Below are positions 56,844-64,000 of a stretch of 64,000 nt of DNA, in pieces (position 1 is the first letter of the stretch; the number at the start of each line of letters is the position of its first letter). A model generated the notes under the pieces. That model was not told the DNA's origin and did no database searches. It saw only the letters and a list, made by a program, of their open reading frames with translations. The stretch covers positions 4,278,001-4,342,000 of the forward strand of contig OZ251224.1 in assembly GCA_965240325.2 (NCBI GenBank), read 5' to 3'. The DNA comes from Rebecca billardiae RCC1528. Taxonomy: Eukaryota; Protista; Haptophyta. A program made the translations under genes and the position numbers.

Positions 56844-58601
56844 TCAGCGCACCCACGGGCTGCCCAGGCCGAAGACGTCGAGCGCGCCCATCACCGCCTT
56901 GTTGAGCGCGCGCCCGCCCACCACCTGCGGCTCGTCCTCGCGCACGGGCAGCACGTCCGGCTGCGCGCCCAGGCCGAGCGCGCCCGCCGCCTGCAGCCCT
57001 GAGACAAAGGCGCGCTCCTGGCAGAGGCCCTTGGCGCCGTGCTCGCGCGCGCCCATCTTGACCCAGTCGCCCGCGCAGACGAGGTTGGGCACCGACGTCT
57101 GCAGCGGCGGCCGCCGCGCGTACGAGCCCGGCGCGAACCACGAGACCGCGCCGGGGTAGCGGCCGACCCAGCTGTCGAGCGCGCGCGCGCCCCTGAAGCC
57201 GGGCACGGCCGCGGGCAGCAGATCGTCGAGCAGCAGGGCGACGAGGTCGGCGTCGGCCATGGGCAGGAGCGCGCCCGCGTTGTAGAAGTCGCACGCCAGC
57301 ACCGAGCCCTGCGGCTCCTCCCCCGCCCACAGCTCCCCCTCGTCCTCCGCCTGCAGCTGGTCGAGCATGAAGAACGTGCCGCCCGCGCCGCGCAGCGCGG
57401 GGAAGCGCGAGAGAACGTTGGCGGGCGTGCGCGTGGGCACGTAGCGGTCGAGCCAGATGCGGCAGGAGATGACGTCGATGGTGGGCATCGAGCCGGCGGC
57501 GGCGAGCTCGGGGCACGCGCGCGCGAGCTCGGGCGAGCCGCGCACCACCGCGCCCATCCCCTTCGCCCCGAGCGCGAGCACCACCGCGCTCAGCCCGTGC
57601 AGCTCCTCCTCAGCCGCGCCCTCCGCACCGCCGCCCTCCGCACCGCCGCCGCCGCCCGCGCGCTTGTACGTGAGCCCGGCGGCGCGCCCGCGCTCGAGCT
57701 TGAGCGAGGTGACGTACGCGCCGCCGCGCACGTCGAGGGCGTACCGCTGCTGCAGCCGCTGCGCGAGCGGCGCGACCAGCAGCTCCGCGTTGCTCCGCCG
57801 CTTGATCCAGCGCACGTCGAAGGAGTCCTGGTGCGCCAGCGCGTAGTAGTAGAGGAGCTCCATCGTCACGGCGGCGCTCAGCTCCTCGGGTGGCTTGAAG
57901 AGGCCGACGAGCAGCGTGGGCCGGATGAAGTCGTCGACGAGGCGCTGGGACAGCCCCATCGCCACGAACAGGTCGTGCGCCGACATCCGGTCGTACGCCT
58001 CGAACGTCTTCTCGTCGCGCGCAAAGTCGAGCGTCGCGTACAGCAGACCGACCATCGACGCGCGGTCGGGCAGCGGCAGCCGCTCGAAGAGCGGGAAGGT
58101 GGCGAGCACCTGCCCGAGGGGCGAGGGGAGCGTGGGGAACGCCGACTCGGAGAACACCGGCGCCGTCGCCTCCAGCCCCTCCGGCCCGTAGAAGGACGAG
58201 TTGGTGCACGGCGTGAAGACGTCAGCCTCGTCCAACCCGAGCTCGGCCACCAGCCGGTTGATGTTCGGGTAGTCGCGCCAGAAGCCGCGCACGCCGGGCT
58301 CGACGGGCTTGCCCGTGGGCGAGAGCATCGGCGTGGCGCCCGTCGGGTCGGGCACCGCGTCGAGGAGCGTCACGCGGCAGCCCTGCTCGCACAGCGCCTT
58401 GGCCGCGCCCCAGCCGCCCCAGCCGCCGCCCACCACGGCGACGTGCGGCCGGGTGTCCTCGGCGCTCGAGCCGGAGATGGCGGCGCGGGGCGCGCGGGGC
58501 GAGAGGGCCGAGGCGCGCGCGGGCGCGCCGGCCAGCCGCCGCGCGCTCGCCGCGGCGCACGCGCCGAGCAGCGCGCCGAGCAGCAGGGCGCGACGGTGCA
58601 T
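56844..58601 (-). CDS. FAD-dependent oxidoreductase, amine oxidase / PDS-ZDS carotenoid-desaturase-like family
   Basis: Signal plus transit leader; VVGGGWGG Rossmann motif; GFWRDYPNI; LVGLFKP; AGDWV; ERAFVSGLQAA; intronless. Confidence 0.82.
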   Translation of the reverse strand: MHRRALLLGALLGACAAASARRLAGAPARASALSPRAPRAAISGSSAEDTRPHVAVVGGGWGGWGAAKALCEQGCRVTLLDAVPDPTGATPMLSPTGKPVEPGVRGFWRDYPNINRLVAELGLDEADVFTPCTNSSFYGPEGLEATAPVFSESAFPTLPSPLGQVLATFPLFERLPLPDRASMVGLLYATLDFARDEKTFEAYDRMSAHDLFVAMGLSQRLVDDFIRPTLLVGLFKPPEELSAAVTMELLYYYALAHQDSFDVRWIKRRSNAELLVAPLAQRLQQRYALDVRGGAYVTSLKLERGRAAGLTYKRAGGGGGAEGGGAEGAAEEELHGLSAVVLALGAKGMGAVVRGSPELARACPELAAAGSMPTIDVISCRIWLDRYVPTRTPANVLSRFPALRGAGGTFFMLDQLQAEDEGELWAGEEPQGSVLACDFYNAGALLPMADADLVALLLDDLLPAAVPGFRGARALDSWVGRYPGAVSWFAPGSYARRPPLQTSVPNLVCAGDWVKMGAREHGAKGLCQERAFVSGLQAAGALGLGAQPDVLPVREDEPQVVGGRALNKAVMGALDVFGLGSPWVR

Positions 58602-59230
58602 GCGCGCTGCGCACATGATGACGATGGATGAATCCCGCGACGGCGTTGGTGGCGGGGCGCGCCGGCAGATTTCTGCAAGATTTGACGCCCAGCCCAGCCC
58701 GGGCGGCCAAAGCGGCCAAGGCGGTGTTCATGAGCTGGCTCCGCGAATGCTCGGGCGAGTTCTCACTTCTGATCAGTGGTGAGCAGCAGCGTAGTTGCCG
58801 TTGGCGAGTGATTATCATGTGGTGGGACCCGGGCACCCTGACCCTGCATTGTGACGTACAATTCGAGGGCCTCAGACTGTTGCTTCAAACACCAACGGTG
58901 ACTCCATCACGTGAGGCCTACCACATCTGGCGATATGCGCTCTATGCGTGTCTATCTATCTAGGACTCAACGTCGCTGAGGCTGCGTCAGACTGATGAGT
59001 CGGTCAGTCGGACGCGGGATGGCATGCCGCACATGCGTGACATGCGCGGCGACACTGCAGATGGCCAGGGCTCCCTCGCCCACAATCGATCCGTTGCAGG
59101 CTGCAAGAGACATCGCCGAGCACGCCGTCATGTGTGGACGCATACTCCATGCGATGCCTGCAGGCAGCTGCGGTGGCGCGAGCCGCATCAGTGGCGACAG
59201 CGGCCGTCCCTCCGCGCGTCGAGCGCGCGC

Positions 59231-59601
59231 TTACTTCTTCGCCGCGACGATCAGCGGGCCGACGTTGTCGCCGGTCGCCTCGTTGTGCTTCACGTGCGAG
59301 CCGTCGCAGTTCGGGAAGGTCGCCGACTTCCAGCACCGGCACATGACCAGCTTGCCGTCCACCTCCAGGTTGGTGACGACCTGCAGCACAAGCGCGGCGG
59401 CGCGGGCGCGCTCGTCAGCGATGCGCGCGGGCGTTTTGCTCGCGCCGCGCTGCGGCACACCTTGGGGTTGTCCAGGTCAATCTCCGTGTTGATCCGCGCG
59501 GCCTCCATGCGCACCGCGGCGCGACCGACGCGCGCCGCCGCCGGGCCCGAGAAGGCCTGAGCGAACGCCACGCAGAGGAGGAAAGCAAGCACACGCATCA
59601 T
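59231..59601 (-). CDS. CDGSH iron-sulfur (NEET) protein, plastid-type leader, 2 exons
   Basis: [17 protein letters not shown] leader; intron 59460-59381; [20 protein letters not shown]...GDNVGPL. Confidence 0.93.
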
Positions 59602-60062
59602 CGTCACGGCCGTCCACGAGCAGGTTCCGCCGCAGGCAGGGGCGCTGCTGGGCGGATCAAGCCGTGCGATTCCCGCCGAAGGCATCGTCTCGAACGTTTT
59701 TTGGGCGAACGACGAAGCGGTGCCGTTCCGGAAGGCCTTGGAGTGCCGCAGCCGTCCGGAGTGGGTACGACGCTCGCGAGCGTCAACAGAAGAAACCAAG
59801 AAAGGCGGGCGCGCGTGATACATACAGCTTGAAACCGTCTCCTTCCAATCGCGAGCGACGCTGCTCGTCGGGCCTCGCGCCTGCCCTGTGCCCGCTGAAG
59901 TCCTATTGACACGGGTAACGTTTTCGCACTGCTCACCTTTTGCTCATAATAATAATCGTAGTACGCGGGTGCGAGACTCGAATAGGGACAATTGATCATA
60001 GGGAGGGAGCAAGCGCCGGGCGGGCCCGCAGCGCAAGCGAGAGGGCGGCCCCAAAAGGCAGC

Positions 60063-61950
60063 ATGGAGCGGCGACGCATGGGGGGCAGGACACTTGCAGC
60101 CGCCCTGTTGGCGGTCTGCGTCGTGGACCACGCGGCTGGGTGGAAGACGAAGACCGTCGACAACACCGACCAGCCGATGCGCTGGTCTGTCCCCGTCAAC
60201 GACACTGATGGCACGGTGCGAAGCGGGCGCGTGCTGCGGCGCTGCGCGCGCCTTTGCGAGCCCGCCCCCCCCCCCTCCCGCGGCCCTCGACCGCCGCGCG
60301 AGTCTCGGTGGCTCACGCGCACCACCCCCGCGCGCCGCAGTCGCTCGACGGGCTCGGCGCCGGCCTGTCCTGGGCCGTGGAGCCCAACTTTGGCCTGAAG
60401 ATGAAGGACCTCTTCAAGGAGAACAACTACCGCATGTTTGGCAACGACTTCATCACGGCGGAGTCGCTCAACGACGCGATCCAGCGCGCGATGTTCCAGT
60501 GGTCGAACAACCACAAGTACATCACCTTCTTCAACGTGACGGACAAGTGCAGGAAGGAGGGCAAGGGCGCCGACTGCTCGGTCGCTGAGGTGTACATCCG
60601 CGCGGACACGGGCGCGGAGAAGTACGGTTGGGCGCCCGTGCAGGTCTTCCACGAGCTGGGCAGCTCGACGGTGAAGACGACGGCGGGGCAGGAGATCAAC
60701 GCGAAGGAGATCACGCACGCCGAGGTCGTCTTCTACCTCGACCACCCCGTCGAGCAGCCCGACTTCCCGCGCGGGCTGCAGTGCTACTACCAGGACGAGA
60801 CGTTCTGCGAGCCCTTCCAGACGCTGCAGCAGGACTTCGACTTCAAGCTGATGATCGAGTGCATCTGCTTCATCACGTGGGCGCTCGCGTTCCTCGCGGC
60901 GATCAAGCGCGTCGTCGAGTACGTCCTGGCCTACATGAGCAAGGGTGCGCGCCGCGCGCCCTCGCTGCGCGCGCGCCGCCGCGCGGCTCGGCCTTACGCC
61001 CTCACTCGCGTTGGCGGCCGCGTCGCGCGTGGCGCGCGCGCCCCGCCGCCGCGCGCAGGGTGGACGGGCCTGACGCAGGTGGCGCGCACGCACGCCGCGC
61101 ACATCGGCTACTCGTACTTCATCATGCTCATGCTCATCTTCCCGCCCGCCTTCTACTGGGTGGCGGTGCACCCGTGCTTCCTCTGCTACTCATTCGAGTC
61201 GCTCGCGGTCGGCGCGATCGGCCGCGTGCTCGGCTTCGAGTACGTCAACTCGGGCGAGGGGAAGAACCAGCGCTCGACGAAGCGGATGAGCGACAAGGTG
61301 TGCGAGAGCGCGCACAAGTACACCGCCGACGCGGCGGCCGACCCGTTCTCCGTCCTGCTCGCGCCCGACGTGCGCGACGCCAACTACTGCCTGACGGGCT
61401 CCGACCTGGACGGCTTGTACAACCTCTACCCGCTGTGCGAGGGCGCCAAGACCATCGCGGGCTGCATGCGCTCCAAGACCAACCTGGGGTACCTGCGCGT
61501 GCTCCTCGCGTTCGGTGCGCGCGCGCCCGAGCGCGCCGCGCGGCGCGCGGCGCCCGAGCGCGCCGCGCGCGCGCCGCGCGCCGCGCGCCGCGCGCGCCCC
61601 GCCGCACGCGCCCCGCCGCGCCGCTGACGCCCCGCGCCGCCCCGTGCGTGCGCGCGCGCGCGTGCGGGTGCGCAGGCGTGCCCTTCCTCGTCGTCTCGCT
61701 GATCGTCTTCTTTGCGGTCGCCATGCTGCGACGCGTCGAGCAGAAGGCGTCGGAGGACATCAAGAAGCGGCTCGCCATCTCCGCCTTCACCTCCGCGGCC
61801 GCGCAGGGCGCCGCGGACAAGAAGAAGAGGGCCCCGCGCCGCTTCTCGATGGCCGCCATGTCGTCAAAGAAGAAGAAGCCGGAGGGCGGCGACGCCAACG
61901 GCGCCAACGGCGCGTCCAACGGCAACGGGCTGGTCGCCGGCCGCGTATGA
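60063..61950 (+). CDS. Membrane protein with a matrixin (M10)-like fold lacking the zinc ligands, 4 exons
   Basis: Signal peptide; AIQRAMFQWSNNHKYITF; TM helices; CYSFESLAVGAIGRVLGF where HExxH would be; SVL...CLTGSDLDGLYNLYP; C-terminal TM. Introns 60216-60340, 60945-61058, 61515-61675. Confidence 0.65.
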
Positions 61951-62416
61951 GCGGCGCCGCCTCCCTCGCGCGCTGCGCCCGCAGTCTGTACGCCAGCCAC
62001 GCTGCGCGTGCCCCGGCCGTGCAGCGCACGAGCAGGCGCCGCCGCCGCTCCACGCCGCGTCCGGGCGTGGCGATGCGCCGACGGGCGATGGGTTCTCTGC
62101 CGCTTCCATCCGCGCGCGGCGTCGCGCGGCGTCGGCGATCGCGATCGGCGACGGTCCGAGCGGGTGGCAGGGTCCGGTCCTGTGACCGCACTCGCGGTCC
62201 GTGCAGACCGCGGGCGTGATTGATCTGGCCTCCGCAGACTGAGTGATGAGACTATCCGCTGCCACTCCCGAGTCCCGGACTCCGCGGACGGCTCCGTTGC
62301 GGACAGTGATCAAGTTCACCGCCACGTATCCTGACGACGGGCGGAAAGTGCTTAAGCCTTAATGCAGCTGCGCCAGTGAGTATCAGAGTTGGCCGAGCCA
62401 CTCGGCCCGCGCCACC

Positions 62417-63738
62417 GGGTGGAATTCCCATTTTCTGGCGCACTTCCGCACTGGGGAGGCGGAAAAGCGTCATTTAATACGCGAATAAGGAATAAATAAT
62501 AAAGGGAATATAAAGCGCACGCGCAGTGCGAAGAAATTTTTCCGGGTGTATCCGCGTAGTTATTATGCGAAGCACCCGAGCTGCTGCGAGGCGGCCTGCT
62601 TGCGCACGCGGCGTCCCGAGTACCCTCGGGGCTCACCTGCGGCTCGGCCTGCGCACGCTTAGCAAGCTCGCGTGCGGCCTGCACCTTGCCCGCCGCCTCG
62701 ACTCTCGAGCAAGAGGATCGACGTATGAGTGAGCGTGTGCCGCCGAGCTGCTGTCCGGCAGCCACCCGCGACTGCAGCCGCTGGCCGCGGTGCCTGGCCT
62801 CGGCGCGGCCCCACAGGCTCAGCGCTGTGAGCTCCTCCTCCTTCTGCGCTCCTCCTCCAGGCGTTTGGGCCGCCGCCGCCTTGGCCGCCTCGTCCTCGTC
62901 GATCAGCTGAACGGCGGGAGTGATGTCTCTGCTCAGCTGAGTGTGACGTGACAAGCGAGGCGACGAGCGACGGCAGCCCGGTGACCAAGCCGACGAGCTC
63001 ATCGTACGAGCCGTCACGCGTGCGCTCGTGCCGTGTCTGAGCTGGCTCGCGCTCGTACGCCGACCAGGCTTTGCTCGGACTGAACGCGTCTGCTCGGGCG
63101 TCCTTGCGTGTGCGCTTGGACGGCCGCGGGCCGTCATCTGGTCCGACCGCGCGCAGCTCGATCTCGGAAGCGTTGAGCTGCTCCGCGGTTGACTCGCCCT
63201 CTACCTCAGGCTCGACCACGGCAGCAGGCCCCGCAGCAGCCGCCAGATAGCATCGGCAGGGGCCCCTGCGCCACCCGCCGCCGTCCGCACATCGGCCAGC
63301 TTGCCGCACACGCGCTGGACCACGGCTTGACGCGGATGTGGTGCCAGGTCGTCGTGCCAATCGCTTGGCTATCGACAACGGGCACGGGCACCTCGATCAC
63401 GACAACGCCTGTCGCGTAGGCTGTGTAGCGATGTCCGTCCACGACTCCGTCGTGTGTGGACGGCGCACGCCATCGCGGCCGTGGGCGCAAGTGTCTCGTG
63501 AATTGTTTTTTTAATTCACGAATTCGCCCAGCCGCTACATCGAACTCGACAACGGTTGCTTTTACACCCGCGATCTTTTGACTGTGCAAATGGGGCGCCG
63601 CCCCATGCTCAAATCCGAAGAGAACGAAGATGTAAAAGTGTCTGGTCCCTAGATACTGTGCTGTCCGGGTCCCGGTCCGGTCAGATCTGAGCAGCCGGAT
63701 TTTCCGCCCGGACAGGCCAGAAAATGGGATTTTCACCC
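62417..63738. mobile_element. Non-autonomous TIR DNA transposon, copy 2 (1322 bp)
   Basis: Same TIRs and interior as 42178-43527 with small indels and SNPs; 4-bp TSD CACC. Confidence 0.9.
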
Positions 63739-63823
63739 CACCGTACCGTGACCGTGTTCCGACTATAAATAAAAAGTGACTAATTATATATTATTCGTCA
63801 TCATGACAGCAGCTAGTCGTCTG

Positions 63824-63824
<1 letters not shown>

Positions 63825-63917
<93 letters not shown>
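63825..63917. repeat. (TA)n microsatellite
   Basis: Direct observation. Confidence 0.95.
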
Positions 63918-63919
<2 letters not shown>

Positions 63920-64000
63920 CATGACGAGAACTGACGATTATCATCATCATATCGTCATCATCAGCCAGCCAGCCAGGCCGCGGGAGCAGTGACGCCTGCT

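Noticed and set aside
42178-63738. The two 1.3-kb repeats as LTRs or ends of one 21-kb composite element
   Set aside because: Each copy has its own TIRs and its own distinct TSD, and the enclosed genes are ordinary host genes.

Overview
Gene-dense, very GC-rich eukaryotic nuclear DNA. It has short GC-rich spliceosomal introns (mostly GT(GCGC)...(GC)AG), a ciliary gene and many signal-peptide/bipartite-leader proteins. This suggests a flagellated alga with a complex plastid, most likely a haptophyte (inference). About 27 protein-coding genes can be supported: CFAP20 (5' part), Rab1, a HAT/TPR protein, a KDEL-ending beta-propeller protein, a hybrid histidine kinase, an atypical homeodomain protein, a TBL/SGNH-type protein, an ATP-grasp protein, cytochrome b561, glyoxalase II, DUF1415, SLX9-like, DeSI/PPPDE, an ADP1-type ABCG, a GW2/Sip5-like RING protein, METTL22-like, a class 3 lipase, BFR1-like, a TAF9-like fusion, two head-to-head methyltransferases, ERG4, an ABC1 kinase, a PDS/ZDS-like flavoprotein, NEET and a matrixin-like pseudo-protease. 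Genes often sit in head-to-head pairs, and the clusters are separated by AT-richer islands with (TA)n microsatellites. Mobile DNA: two copies of a 1.3-kb TIR element, each with its own 4-bp TSD; a 1.06-kb foldback element with 442-bp arms and a 5-bp TSD; and several degenerate repeat-bounded relics. No rRNA, tRNA or CRISPR array was recognised. Family calls come from motif recognition by eye, not database searches.
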